This document shows, one piece after another, positions 1 through 10,332 of a stretch of DNA of 64,000 nucleotides. Made by a program: the position numbers and the translations under genes. How positions within the stretch are numbered: position 1 is the first letter of the stretch; each line of letters begins with the position of its first letter. The notes beneath the pieces are model-generated. The model made no database searches and was not told the DNA's origin. It saw only the letters and a program-made list of their open reading frames with translations. The stretch is taken from assembly GCA_963762565.1 (NCBI GenBank), contig CAVXLD010000003.1:911672-975671 (forward strand), read 5' to 3'. The DNA is from an uncultured Verrucomicrobiae bacterium (GTDB lineage Bacteria > Verrucomicrobiota > Verrucomicrobiia > Chthoniobacterales > JAFAMB01).

Positions 1-2
1 GC

Positions 3-248
3 AAACTCAAATGGAAAGAGGAACGTGAACTGGAGACGATCGAAGCCACCATCCTGGAGGCCGAGGACAAGGTGATCGACCTGGAAAAAGTGTTTGCCGA
101 TCCCGACTTTTATAAAAAACACGGTAAAGACTATGCGACGTTGGAAGCGGACCTAAAAACGGCCAGAGAACGAGTGACCGAGCTATATCGTCGCTGGGAA
201 GAGCTGGAACAGATCAAGCAAGCGAGCACTGTCTTCAAGGCGCCGTGA
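3..248 (+). CDS. 3' end of ABC-F family ATPase (Uup-like C-terminal coiled coil), partial
   Basis: Manual translation KLKWKEERELETIEATILEAE...DPDFY...LYRRWEELE resembles the Uup C-terminal domain; open from the window edge to TGA at 246-248. Confidence 0.8.
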   Translation, partial: KLKWKEERELETIEATILEAEDKVIDLEKVFADPDFYKKHGKDYATLEADLKTARERVTELYRRWEELEQIKQASTVFKAP

Positions 249-283
249 TCCGCCGAACCATGGGGTCCCGGCGGAAGAATTAA

Positions 284-499
284 CTCACGCAAAGACGCAA
301 AGGCGCAAAAGGTTAAGACCATGCGGGCTGAGCGTTTTCAACTTCGACGCGATGGATCGGATTGGCGGGCGAAGATAATCTAAGGCCGAGCCACGAAGAA
401 ACGGCCCCTTATGAATTAGTATCTCCCGACGATGCCCTCGTACGTCTGCGTAGGGTTTGCAACTTTCTTAACCTTTGCGCCTTTGCGTCTTTGCGTGAG
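284..499. repeat. ~215-bp palindromic element with 9-mer-array terminal inverted repeats (family A, copy 1)
   Basis: ctcacgcaaagacgcaaaggcgcaaaaggttaag ... cttaacctttgcgcctttgcgtctttgcgtgag. Confidence 0.85.
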
Positions 500-535
500 A
501 TTTTCTGCGCTCGGGTTGCGGCGATTTGTCTTTAT

Positions 536-1514
536 TTAGAACGATTCGCCGACCATCTCCTCGCTCTTCTTCCAGAGCGCGGCGGCGGTCTTGGAATCGA
601 GCGCATACCCGCGCATACCTTCGCTGCCCGGGCCGAGGTCGACATCATCGGGTACGAGGTGGGCAACGTGGCAGTTCTCGCAATACTTGCCCCCGATCTC
701 CTCAGCGCTGGCCACTACCCCAGCCCACACGGAGGTTGCCGCTCCCTGCTGGACTGTCTTCCATTGCAAAGGTTCCTTACCTTCGGCGGCAAGCTGTTTC
801 TCCATTTGCTCTAGCAAACCTTTCATATATTCGGGATCCATGTAACGGGTCAATTCGGTGTGTATTATCCCTGGATGGACAGCTGCCGCCCGGACGCCAT
901 CGCTCCCGGTGCCGCTCGTCGAAGGCGACCGCAAATTGAATATTTGCGGTTTTCGACCGCCCATAAGCCACAAACGGTTCGTAAGTGGCCCGTTCAAAGT
1001 TCGGATCGTCCAGGTCAACATTAGAGTAACGGTGGCCCGCTGAAGACAAGTTGATCAGGCGAGATCCGGTTCTCATCAATGGCGCAACCCGATTAACCAG
1101 GACAAAGTGGCCAAGGTGATTAGTACCGAACTGGGTTTCAAATCCGTCCGCGGTATGTCCGAAAGGTGTGGCCATCACCCCGGCATTCGCGATGACCAGG
1201 TCGAAGGGTTCACCCTTGGCTTTGAGCTCGTCCGCGCAGGCACGCACACTTTTGAGATTAGCGAGGTCGAGCTGGACCAATTCAAACTGTCCGCCATTCG
1301 CCGCAGCATCCTTTCGGATTTGAGCGGTGCTTGTTTCCGCTTTCTTCAAATCCCGGGCTGTACCCACAACCTGGGCGCCGCGCGCTGCTAAAGATCGCGC
1401 CGTTTCCACCCCGATCCCAGCCGAAACACCGGTAACCAGGATGCGTTTGCCGTGAAGATCGACACCGGATAAGACCTCATCGGTGGTTGAAGCCGGGCCA
1501 AATAGATTTGCCAT
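536..1514 (-). CDS. SDR oxidoreductase (retinol-dehydrogenase/WWOX-like), frameshifted near 899
   Basis: TGVSAGIG, NAGVM, FGTNHLGHF and YGRSK in ORF 777-1514; continues GVRAAAVHPG...QGAAT in ORF 536-1021; one extra base at ~899 (cga-t-ggc). Confidence 0.85.
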
Positions 1515-1545
1515 TTCTTACTCCTATTGATAAATGTTTAATAAA

Positions 1546-1589
1546 CGGAGAGAGTCTCCGCAATACATAAGTGGAGACTTTCTCCGCTT
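1546..1589. promoter_or_regulatory. Two palindromic operator-like sites, probably for the adjacent TetR
   Basis: cggagagagtctccg and aagtggagactttctccgctt lie between the divergent SDR and TetR genes. Confidence 0.65.
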
Positions 1590-1603
1590 GCAAGTGATTT
1601 TCT

Positions 1604-2269
1604 ATGCCGGCAAAGACCCGCACAAAAACCCGCATCAAGTCTCCTACTCGCAAACCGCGTGCTGATGCACTGCGTAACCGCACGCGCATCTTGGAGATCG
1701 CCAAAGTGGCGTTCACCCGGTTCGGAGGGAACGTCAGTCTGGATGATGTGGCCCGCCGGGCGCGAATCGGCGCGGGGACACTGTACCGCCACTTCCCCAC
1801 CCGGGACGCTCTATTAGAGGCCGTTTATCGCACGGAAGTAGAGAAACTGGCTGCAGCCGAACTCGAATTTGCCAAGTCCATGCCTCCGGCCCAAGCCTTG
1901 CGAGCATGGATGTTACTCTTCGTAGACTACATCGCAACGAAACAACTGATCGCACCTGCGCTGAACAACATTGTGGGCGGACCGTCCAAGCTATTTGAAT
2001 GGACTGGTAGTCAGATCAAGGGCGCGATCGACAATTTGGTGAACCGAGCGATCGAAAGCGGTGACATTCGGTCCGACCTCGACCCAGTTGACTTGCTGCG
2101 GGCTCTCATCGGCGTGTCGAACGTGGCGTCCAGCCCGGACTGGGCTCAAAGCGCGCGCAGGCTAGTGGACATTCTCCTTCTCGGCTCGCGTCCCGTGCCC
2201 GAAAGAGCTTCACCACCAAGAAACAGAAAACGTGCACAGAAGATCACAAAGGACACAAAGACAGAATAA
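1604..2269 (+). CDS. TetR/AcrR family regulator
   Basis: RADALRNR...SLDDVARRARIGAGTLYRHFPTR HTH; last ~15 aa are repeat-derived. Confidence 0.92.
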   Translation: MPAKTRTKTRIKSPTRKPRADALRNRTRILEIAKVAFTRFGGNVSLDDVARRARIGAGTLYRHFPTRDALLEAVYRTEVEKLAAAELEFAKSMPPAQALRAWMLLFVDYIATKQLIAPALNNIVGGPSKLFEWTGSQIKGAIDNLVNRAIESGDIRSDLDPVDLLRALIGVSNVASSPDWAQSARRLVDILLLGSRPVPERASPPRNRKRAQKITKDTKTE

Positions 2270-2270
2270 A

Positions 2271-2471
2271 CTCACGCAAAGGCGCAAAGGTTAAGGCACA
2301 GGCACGTGCCGGGCAAAGCACGAGGAGATCAGGGGACACAATAATTCTAAACCAACGCTTCTCTTGGGAGCTCGGCCTCTTTTCGCTAGCCGACCCGATC
2401 CATCGCTTCGAAATCGAAAACGCTCAGCCCTGCATGGTCTTAACCTTTGCGCCTTTGCTTCTTTGCGTGAG
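2271..2471. repeat. Family A palindromic element, copy 2 (interior inverted relative to copy 1)
   Basis: Same TIRs; interior is a diverged reverse complement of 318-465. Confidence 0.8.
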
Positions 2472-2513
2472 ATTTTCTATGCTTGGGTTGTGGCTATTTC
2501 GGCTCTGGCCTTA

Positions 2514-3269
2514 TCACTGCGCGGTATAGCCGCCGTCGACTCTTAGCACCTGGCCGGTGATGTAGGAAGATTGATCCGAGGCCAGGAACAGCGCTGCCTG
2601 GGCTGTTTCGATCGGTTGCGCGGCCCGTCCCAGCGGGATGATATTGGTCGCCAAGTTCTGGATTGACTGGTCATCGCCTAGCCCCCGTCTAGCCATATCA
2701 GTGAGAGTAACCCCCGGACTGAGAACGTTGACTCGGATCCCGGCCTTAGCCAATTCCAGGGCTGCGCTGAAGGCTAGCGCATTCACGCCACCTTTACTGG
2801 CGGCATAAACAGCAGCTCCGGCAAAACCGACTTCAGCGACAATACTTGAATTGAAGATGATGGAGCTACCCGGAGGCATCACTGCGGCTTCATATTTCAA
2901 GCTCAGAAAAGCTCCTTTGAGATTGATGCCGATGACTTCATCAAAGACAGCTCCTGTTTGTTCGGCCAGCGGCACACCAAACTTGCCTTCTATTCCTGCG
3001 TTGTTAAATGCGACATTGAGCGTGCCGAACGTCGAAACGGTTTCGTTAATGAGTTGCTCAACCTGATCCGCTTTAGAGACGTCGGCCTGAATGAACTTAG
3101 CGGTTCCGCCCGCCTTACGAATCAAAGCGGCAACTTCTTCTCCTTCTTCTTTTCGCCGGCCGGCCACCACCACTTTTGCGCCTTCGCCAGCGAATAAAAT
3201 GGCTGTTTCCCGACCGATTCCAGACGTTGCCCCGGTCACCAATGCTACTTTGTCTTTCAAAATATTCAT
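2514..3269 (-). CDS. SDR oxidoreductase (glucose 1-dehydrogenase-like)
   Basis: TGATSGIG, NNAG, YAASK, ITGQVLRVDGG. Confidence 0.93.
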   Translation of the reverse strand: MNILKDKVALVTGATSGIGRETAILFAGEGAKVVVAGRRKEEGEEVAALIRKAGGTAKFIQADVSKADQVEQLINETVSTFGTLNVAFNNAGIEGKFGVPLAEQTGAVFDEVIGINLKGAFLSLKYEAAVMPPGSSIIFNSSIVAEVGFAGAAVYAASKGGVNALAFSAALELAKAGIRVNVLSPGVTLTDMARRGLGDDQSIQNLATNIIPLGRAAQPIETAQAALFLASDQSSYITGQVLRVDGGYTAQ

Positions 3270-3301
3270 TTAAGCAATCTAGTTGTATTTTTCAGTTCCA
3301 T

Positions 3302-3323
3302 TTCTTTACCGGCTAGTATAGAA
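3302..3323. promoter_or_regulatory. Imperfect palindromic TetR operator candidate
   Basis: ttctttaccggctagtatagaa between the divergent SDR and TetR genes. Confidence 0.55.
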
Positions 3324-3358
3324 TGCAGAAGAGTGGTTTCGTCAACTAATCTTTACTA

Positions 3359-3967
3359 ATGAGTACAGAAATCCATTCGTCCCCGGCTCGCGGCCGTCCC
3401 CGCTGTTTTGATCTGGAGGAGGCGCTGGACCGGTCGCTGCTGCTTTTCTGGGAAAAGGGGTTCAAAAACACCTCCCTGGACGAAATCGCTGAAGCCGTTG
3501 GCGTTAAAAAACCTAGTCTCTACGCGGCCTTCGGAGACAAAGAGATGCTCTTCCGCAAAGTCCTCCGGAGATATTCCAGCAAACTCAGTGAACCGGTCCA
3601 GGCTTTGGATCGTTATGCTGATATTCGTGAAGCCGTCAATGCATTTATCGAGCTCGGAATTGCCGGCGGTTGCGGCAAGGGACATCCGCGTGGCTGTTTA
3701 TTAGTGAGTGCTTTTGCCGATAGCGCCCTACTCCCACCGAACCTGGCTAAGGAAATCAAAGGGCTCGTCAACCAAGCCGACCAAGCGGTTGCACAACGCT
3801 TAAAGAAAGCCGTTCGTGACAGGCAACTCCCCCCTGATTTCGATGCGAAAGGCACCGCCAGATTCCTCATTACTTTGATGCATGGCGTCGCCCTGCGCGT
3901 CCGAGCCGGTGAAAGCCGCGCCGATTTACAAAGAATGAAAAAAGCCGCTCTCCGTTGCCTTGGCTAA
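3359..3967 (+). CDS. TetR/AcrR family regulator (ComR/NemR-like)
   Basis: RGRPRCFD...FWEKGF...SLYAAFGDKE...PRGCLL. Confidence 0.93.
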   Translation: MSTEIHSSPARGRPRCFDLEEALDRSLLLFWEKGFKNTSLDEIAEAVGVKKPSLYAAFGDKEMLFRKVLRRYSSKLSEPVQALDRYADIREAVNAFIELGIAGGCGKGHPRGCLLVSAFADSALLPPNLAKEIKGLVNQADQAVAQRLKKAVRDRQLPPDFDAKGTARFLITLMHGVALRVRAGESRADLQRMKKAALRCLG

Positions 3968-3982
3968 TAAGAGAAAGAAAAT

Positions 3983-4270
3983 CTCACGCAAAGACGCAAA
4001 GGCGCAAAGTTTAAGAGGAGATGTGAAAGGTGATCGCTGAAAGATCTACCGAGAACGTTGCATTCCGAACGACGTTCGGCTGAGCTCACGTCGAAGCCTT
4101 CGTTATCTTCTATAGAAATATCTCTCTTTGTGTCCTTCTGTTGAAATGCTGCAACGCGACAAGGCCAATAGCCGGAATGCCATGCTCCCGCTGTGACCTT
4201 TCACCTCTCACTTTTCACCTTTCACGTTTGTCTCCGCTCTTCCCTTTGCGCCTTTGCGTCTTTGCGTGAG
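3983..4270. repeat. Family A palindromic element, copy 3 (different interior)
   Basis: ctcacgcaaagacgcaaaggcgcaaag ... ctttgcgcctttgcgtctttgcgtgag; internal tttcacc-type 7-mers. Confidence 0.8.
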
Positions 4271-4362
4271 ATTTAACTTTCTTTGGCCTTCAGCCCTGGG
4301 TCAGGCGTACGACCATCCACGCCCTGAAAGCACCTCCAACCCCGCTTTGGCGGGGTGCAATT

Positions 4363-4488
4363 CCGGGAGGGCGCGCGTCCCCGCGCGCCGCGACGACGTG
4401 CTACCACCCAGCGGCGTATTTTCTTCCGGGATCAAAACACGTCCCCGGTTTCGGTCACGACGGATCGCGAGGACGCGATCCCTCCCGG
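4363..4488. repeat. REPIN-like doublet (GGAG-type REP, family E)
   Basis: ccgggagggcgcgcgtccccgcgcgcc ... ggacgcgatccctcccgg; homologs at 18371, 20977 and 55186. Confidence 0.8.
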
Positions 4489-4869
4489 CGATGGGCCCCC
4501 CACATTCTAAGAGCGAAGCGCCTCACGAGTGGCGCCCGACGCACCTTTCCGCACCAAAACCCAGGTTTGAAACCCTGGGATATGATCTATAGCCGCTTGG
4601 CGGCAAGTCCGATACCTAGGGTACACCTATACAAAAATGACAATCCTGACAGGCTTTTCGCTTCTACTGTTTTCTAGTCTTGGCCTGTTGATAGCAATTC
4701 GTGACGATCAGCGACTACGCACAACGCGTTGGATACCGACTAATTACAACCTATTTAGAACGCTTTACCAATTTGTTATTAAGAGACGTTTCGCTGCGGT
4801 CGCCCGTGACGAATTTGTTACAGGGCTCCGCTTGTAGCGTTGTTACGCCAATGCAAGTAAGCGGCCTCT

Positions 4870-7641
4870 ATGTATCGTCCTTCTTTAACGAAAGGAATCG
4901 TTACTGCCCTCCTCCAGGGCGTCGTCGGCCCAGCGGCTTTCGTAGTCGCTGGACCGGCGTTAGCAACCCCTTCACTCCCGTACCCTACGTACACCGTGGG
5001 TCCGCAAGCGGACGGCTCATACGTGATGTCGGTCAATCAGACCATCACGCCTGCCGGCACGTTGGTGAAGTTGGGTACACCGACACGCGGTAAGGCGCTC
5101 GCGCTGAACCCGAACACCTCCACCAATACGGCCGCCGTGCTGCAGATGGGCGCCTCCTCCTCTGTCCAGATCTTTGATCTCGTCAGCGGCCAGCTGCTGC
5201 AAGCCTTTTCGCCGACCGGCGATAGCAGCGGCTCATTTACCGGCATTGCCTATTCGGCCGACGGCACCAAGCTGTTGTTCAGCCAAGATAGCAGCAACGT
5301 CACCATCGCCAACGTTGATCCGACCACCGGATTGCTGAGCGGCGGAACGCAAGTCGCCCTGCCGAAGCCGACTTATCCCAATATGTACAGCCCAAACACG
5401 GCCTATCCAGCGGGTGTGGCGTTCTCGACCGACGGCACCACCGCCTACGTTTTGCTGAATCAGAACAACACACTTGCCGTGATCGACTTGACCAAGGCGC
5501 AGCCAAAGTTAGTCAGACAAATCCGGGTTGGTAACGTTCCTAACAGCATTGTGGTGTCCGGCAATCGCGCTTATGTCAGCAACGAAGGCGGACGTGTCGC
5601 CAAGTCCGGTGATTTCACCGATCTTTCATCTGGCGTGCCGATCGTTACAGATCCGACAACCGACAGTGCCAGCACCGGCACCGTCTCGGTGGTGAATCTC
5701 GAGACGCTAACGGTCGAGAATAACATCAGGGTCGGCTTGCATCCGGCCGGTCTGGCGTTGGCCAATGGTTTGCTCTATGTCGCCAATGCTTACAGTGATA
5801 CTGTTTCCGTGGTCGACACCACCACCAATAAGGTAGTGCACACTATCAATGTAGGCGTACCGCTGCCCAGCATTTCCGGGTTTACGCCCAACACGTTGGG
5901 GACCACCCCCAACGGCATCGCGGTCAACGGAAACACTCTGTATGTGACCCTGTTCACCGTCAACGCCGTTGCGGTGGTTGACCTGACTGATCCGAAAAAC
6001 AATGCCGTGCTAGGCTACATTCCGACGGCGTCGACGCCGAGCACCGTCGCTTTCGACCAGGCCCATAATCAACTCGTGGTTTCCAACCACAAGGGCATCG
6101 GCACCGACAGTATCACGGTCACGAACGAGTATTCCGATACCGGTTACAATTCGCATCCGGATACCGGCACAGTCAATCTCATCCCGATCCCGACCGTTAC
6201 TCAACTGGCGGACTATACCACGCAGGTTTGGCAGAATAATCACTGGGACCTGACGCAGAACGTTCAAGTGGGCAAGAAATACGTTAACCCGAATGCGACC
6301 CCGGTGGCTATCCCGGAACACATTGGCGAGCCTTCGCTGATCAAACACGTGTTCTTGATCATTAAAGAGAACCGCACCTACGATCAGGTGTTCGGCGATG
6401 TCGCGACCGCTAACGGTAATGCTTCGCTCGCGGTATTCGCGCCTTATACGCCCAACCAGCACGCGTTCCTGCAGCGTTTCGCGACGCTCGACAACGTCTA
6501 CGCTCCTTCCCGGCAGTCAGCGGATGGACATCCCTGGATTGTAAGCGCGCTTGCGGCCTACGCCGACGAAAGCCAGTCCCCAGACTGGATTCGCAGTTAT
6601 CCGGGCGGCAATGGGTATGACTCCATGGTTTACACCCCGCGCGGTTTCCTCTGGGACGCAGCGACGGCACAAGGTTTAACCGTCAAACTGTACGGCGAGT
6701 GGAGCGGCAGTCAGAGCATCAACGGCAATTACAGCTGGTCCGATTGGTACGCCTATTCGCAGTACTTGGAAGGCAAGATCCCGACCAACCCGACCACCAT
6801 CACACCGACCACTGACACCGAGAGCAGCACGGTCCCGTCAGTAATCGCCGCTTTGGATCCGCACTACCCGAGCTTCAACACCGGCATTCCGGATCAATAC
6901 CGGGTGGATTACTGGTTGCCGATCTTCAACAATCAGGAAAGTACCGGCACGCTGCCTGCCCTCACTATTATCTGGTTGCCGGATGACCATACCTCTGGCT
7001 ACTCGACGGGCTATCCGATCCCGACTGCCGCGCAGGCCGACAACGACCTGGGGCTGGGACGCATCGTTCAAGCCATCACCAACAGTAAAGACTGGGCTAC
7101 TTCGGCAATCTTCGTTGAAGAAGATGACGCCCAGGATGGAGTTGACCACGTGGATGGCCACCGTCAACCGGTCCAGATCATCAGCCCGTACGCCATTCAG
7201 AGCAACGGCGTTGGTGATCATACTACCTACACGTCGGCCAGCATTGACCGTACGATCGAACAAATCCTCGGCTTGACGCCGATGACGGAGTTCGATCTGG
7301 TCGCCTCGCCGATGCGCACCGCGTTTACCAACACGCCGGCTAACATTGCGCCGTTCACCGCATTGCCACCGACGATTTCGCTGAACACATTCCCGAGCCC
7401 GAGCGCAAAGAACGCGGCCAACACAAGCGCGGTCAGCAACCTCAAGGTCGCCTGGAACCGTGCTTCAAACGAAATGTTCAAAGGCAAATTCAACAAGTCC
7501 GATTCGGTCGACGAAACCTTCTTGAACCATGCGATCTGGTATTCCGCCACGGACTTCACCCGCCCCTACCCGGGTGAGACCAAAGTGTTGATGCCTAGCG
7601 ATCTGAAACTTGCTAACCGCAGCGTAGAGATCGAGGACTAA
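4870..7641 (+). CDS. Secreted YVTN/YncE beta-propeller fused to a phosphoesterase (alkaline phosphatase superfamily) domain
   Basis: N-terminal hydrophobic segment, YVSNE/YVANAYSDTVSVVD blades, IKHVFLIIKENRTYDQVFGD, SADGH, EDDAQDGVDHVDGHR. Confidence 0.9.
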   Translation: MYRPSLTKGIVTALLQGVVGPAAFVVAGPALATPSLPYPTYTVGPQADGSYVMSVNQTITPAGTLVKLGTPTRGKALALNPNTSTNTAAVLQMGASSSVQIFDLVSGQLLQAFSPTGDSSGSFTGIAYSADGTKLLFSQDSSNVTIANVDPTTGLLSGGTQVALPKPTYPNMYSPNTAYPAGVAFSTDGTTAYVLLNQNNTLAVIDLTKAQPKLVRQIRVGNVPNSIVVSGNRAYVSNEGGRVAKSGDFTDLSSGVPIVTDPTTDSASTGTVSVVNLETLTVENNIRVGLHPAGLALANGLLYVANAYSDTVSVVDTTTNKVVHTINVGVPLPSISGFTPNTLGTTPNGIAVNGNTLYVTLFTVNAVAVVDLTDPKNNAVLGYIPTASTPSTVAFDQAHNQLVVSNHKGIGTDSITVTNEYSDTGYNSHPDTGTVNLIPIPTVTQLADYTTQVWQNNHWDLTQNVQVGKKYVNPNATPVAIPEHIGEPSLIKHVFLIIKENRTYDQVFGDVATANGNASLAVFAPYTPNQHAFLQRFATLDNVYAPSRQSADGHPWIVSALAAYADESQSPDWIRSYPGGNGYDSMVYTPRGFLWDAATAQGLTVKLYGEWSGSQSINGNYSWSDWYAYSQYLEGKIPTNPTTITPTTDTESSTVPSVIAALDPHYPSFNTGIPDQYRVDYWLPIFNNQESTGTLPALTIIWLPDDHTSGYSTGYPIPTAAQADNDLGLGRIVQAITNSKDWATSAIFVEEDDAQDGVDHVDGHRQPVQIISPYAIQSNGVGDHTTYTSASIDRTIEQILGLTPMTEFDLVASPMRTAFTNTPANIAPFTALPPTISLNTFPSPSAKNAANTSAVSNLKVAWNRASNEMFKGKFNKSDSVDETFLNHAIWYSATDFTRPYPGETKVLMPSDLKLANRSVEIED

Positions 7642-7659
7642 AATCGATCGATTAGATTA

Positions 7660-7708
7660 TCCTCCCCCGGTTAGGGCATCAGCGGGCAACCGGGGGAGGA
7701 GTCTTTTT
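7660..7708 (+). terminator. Intrinsic terminator
   Basis: 13-bp stem tcctcccccggtt/aaccgggggagga followed by gtcttttt. Confidence 0.75.
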
Positions 7709-7822
7709 AGGCTGGTACGTCGTACACCTTTTTCAGTTTTTCTTGAGTCCAAGTATTCGGAATCTGGGCCTGTACACCAGTCGTTAGTCCGGCCAAGACT
7801 AAAAGACAGAGAAAGGAAGTTC

Positions 7823-8917
7823 TCATCGGTGTGACTGAGGTGAAGGTGAAGGTAACACGACAGTTTCTATCCCGCCTTTCGCATCGGCGACAACATCGGT
7901 TACCTTACTATCTGGAGCCGTGACGTCGACAACCCACGTGACAACTGGCCCGCCTTGTCCGCCAGCATTCAATTTTGTCAAGATCAACCCGGTAACCTGG
8001 GAATTCGGTATGGCGACTTTGGCTAGCGCGTCCGACTCCAGCTTTGCGATGATGGTCCAATCGACATCGGCAATGTTGAAGGAGGGCTTCTCCGGAGTTT
8101 GCGTCGTTAGGGTTCGGCCGAGACGCTGGTCCGCGGCGTAGCGAATGCGTTGCACCAACCCATCCAGGCCCCATTCGAAACCAAAAGTTGCTTCGGCGCC
8201 TAACTGTTTTTTAAGCTCCGCCGTCGAGATATTGGTTTCAAAGCCGACACTGCGCGCTTCGACCCAGACCTGGGTCAGGACGGGACCGGTGCCAACCATG
8301 TCACGGAAGGCGGCTGCGGCCTCTGCAATCAGGTCAGGTTCTTTGAACAGGTTAAAAGTCTTGGCATGCTCAGTTTCACTGAACTCGCCGCCCAGAATCA
8401 CGCATTGAGCGTTCGCGTTTACATCGGCACGTTCCCGAGCGCCCTCGATATGCAACGACACAAAGATGTCGCCCGCTACTGCCTTCGATAACACCGGTAT
8501 CGCGCGTACGATCGCGATCAGCGTGACCGCCCCATCCGCGATCGCGGCACGTTTGATCGCCGATTTCTCCAATTTCGACATCTCTGAAAATGCGACCGCG
8601 TCGAGATCGAAGAGCTTCGCCCCTAAATCAGGATCGCGCTGATAATCAGCGTGCTCAGGTCCGAACACCCAAGGGAGAATCCCTGCGATACGAACGAAAC
8701 GCCATCGATTCAAATGCCCAAGATTGTCTGGATCCTGTACTTCGACGTTGACTTCGCCAGGTTGGATCCACATCTCGCGCACACGTGCCTGTTTACCCAT
8801 CGCAGAACGCAGCTGTGAGACGGCCAAATTCAAATCGCTCTGATCATCTACATAGCTCGCCTCCGCGCGGCCGGACGCCACCATGATCAAAGCGATTACA
8901 GTCCGGAGAGCCTTCAT
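7823..8917 (-). CDS. Hypothetical secreted protein with an internal duplication
   Basis: 364-aa ORF with a signal-peptide-like start; FDLDAVAFS..KLEKSAI vs FNIADVDWT..KLESDAL. Confidence 0.7.
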   Translation of the reverse strand: MKALRTVIALIMVASGRAEASYVDDQSDLNLAVSQLRSAMGKQARVREMWIQPGEVNVEVQDPDNLGHLNRWRFVRIAGILPWVFGPEHADYQRDPDLGAKLFDLDAVAFSEMSKLEKSAIKRAAIADGAVTLIAIVRAIPVLSKAVAGDIFVSLHIEGARERADVNANAQCVILGGEFSETEHAKTFNLFKEPDLIAEAAAAFRDMVGTGPVLTQVWVEARSVGFETNISTAELKKQLGAEATFGFEWGLDGLVQRIRYAADQRLGRTLTTQTPEKPSFNIADVDWTIIAKLESDALAKVAIPNSQVTGLILTKLNAGGQGGPVVTWVVDVTAPDSKVTDVVADAKGGIETVVLPSPSPQSHR

Positions 8918-8977
8918 ATGTAAATGATTGCGGTCGAAAAACTTATCAGAGAAAGCCGGGAATGGGCCAGCAAAGAA

Positions 8978-9252
8978 TTAACAGAAGAAAACGAAGAACA
9001 GAAAATCCCACACAAGGGCACAAAGACACTAAGAAACGGAAACTTTAACAAGAGGGCCGCAAAGGTAGCAAAGACCGAGTTTTAGCAGACTCTGATGTGA
9101 GGTTAGCCATTCAAAAGCTAGTCCACCCGTCGCGCCTATTGTGGAAGCCTAACGTGCGAATCCCAAATCACCAATCGTTCATTTCTTTGCGGCCTTTGTG
9201 GCCTTCCTGTTAAATTTTCTGTCTCTTAGTGTCTTTGTGCTTTTGTGTGAGA
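8978..9252. repeat. Nested inverted 9-mer-array element (family B)
   Basis: cacacaagggcacaaagacactaaga..ttaacaagagggccgcaaagg mirrored by ctttgcggcctttgtggccttcctgttaa..tcttagtgtctttgtgcttttgtgtg. Confidence 0.8.
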
Positions 9253-9265
9253 TACGGCAGTTAAA

Positions 9266-9607
9266 ATGAAAACCATCCCAATTTTCCTCGCTTTTATGTC
9301 TTTGTTCGTTGCAGGCGCCAAGGCTGGCGCCCAGGAACGTCTGGCAGCGTGCCGTCAGCAAATTGATTCGATTGATCAGCGCTTAGTGGACCTAATCCAG
9401 GAACGCGCTCGCGTAGTCCAGGAGGTTGGCGCCATTAAACAAGAAGCACACCTTCAGGTAACCGATACCAGCCGGGAACAAGCCGTGATCCAGAACGCGG
9501 AAGCCCTAGCAAAAGATGGCCCGCTACCAGCCGAAGCCGTTGGCCGTATCTATCAAAAACTCGTTGAAGAGATGCGCAATTGGGAAGCGGGCCTGACTAA
9601 GAAGTAA
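9266..9607 (+). CDS. Chorismate mutase (AroQ class) with a signal peptide
   Basis: LAACRQQIDSIDQRLVDLIQERARVVQEVGAIK..D.SRE; hydrophobic N-terminus ending AKA-GA. Confidence 0.85.
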   Translation: MKTIPIFLAFMSLFVAGAKAGAQERLAACRQQIDSIDQRLVDLIQERARVVQEVGAIKQEAHLQVTDTSREQAVIQNAEALAKDGPLPAEAVGRIYQKLVEEMRNWEAGLTKK

Positions 9608-9617
9608 TGGAGTAGTT

Positions 9618-9825
9618 GGTAGGGCGAGGCTCCGGAAAGAGCCACGACGGTCGCAGGGTCGAGTGACGCCTCGTCGGTATATTAGGTTCAACTTCTACGC
9701 GCGGCCGAGCCGTGGGTTACGCGGGCCCCCGGCTCGGCAGCGTTCAGGTGTTGCATCCCATATTTTGGCGAAACGCTATCTCGCTCTGCGACTTCTTTCC
9801 GACCATTCTGGAGCCTCGCCCTACC
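9618..9825. repeat. GTAG-family REP doublet
   Basis: ggtagggcgaggctcc ... ggagcctcgccctacc perfect 16-bp inverted ends. Confidence 0.75.
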
Positions 9826-9855
9826 ACTCCTTGAACTCCTTGATTATATTTCCAC

Positions 9856-10329
9856 ATGAGCACTACCTCCGTTTCACCTCGCATGGAGCAACCGAAAGTG
9901 AACCAGCTGCTGGGCCCGGCATTGAAGAGCCTCTACGATATCGAAGGGCATCTGCGAAAATCGACGCTCGAGCCTGAGCTGCGGGAATTGATAAAATTGC
10001 GAGTCTCCCAGATCAATGGATGTGCTTACTGCATCATTTATCATCGCCGCGACGCGCTGAAGCTGGGGGTCGCTGAACGAAGAATCCATCTGCTTAATGC
10101 CTGGAGGGAAGCATCCGATTCCGAATATTCGGAGCGAGAACGCGCCGCCTTAGCCTGGGCGGAAGCGGTGACGTTAATCTCTCTGCATCATTTGCCCGAT
10201 GAAGTCTACGCTGAAGCCGCCCGCGTTTTCTCCGAACAGGAACTGGTTGATCTTAACCTGGCCGTGATGAGTATCAATGCGTGGAACCGTCTTTCCATCG
10301 CGTTCCGATACGAGCCCGACCGCGACTAG
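9856..10329 (+). CDS. Carboxymuconolactone decarboxylase/AhpD-like protein
   Basis: ELIKLRVSQINGCAYC...INAWNR. Confidence 0.92.
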   Translation: MSTTSVSPRMEQPKVNQLLGPALKSLYDIEGHLRKSTLEPELRELIKLRVSQINGCAYCIIYHRRDALKLGVAERRIHLLNAWREASDSEYSERERAALAWAEAVTLISLHHLPDEVYAEAARVFSEQELVDLNLAVMSINAWNRLSIAFRYEPDRD

Positions 10330-10332
10330 GAT

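Noticed and set aside
4630..4850. Pho box upstream of the phosphoesterase gene
   Set aside because: The TGTCA half-sites are 9 bp apart rather than 11; other matches are too weak
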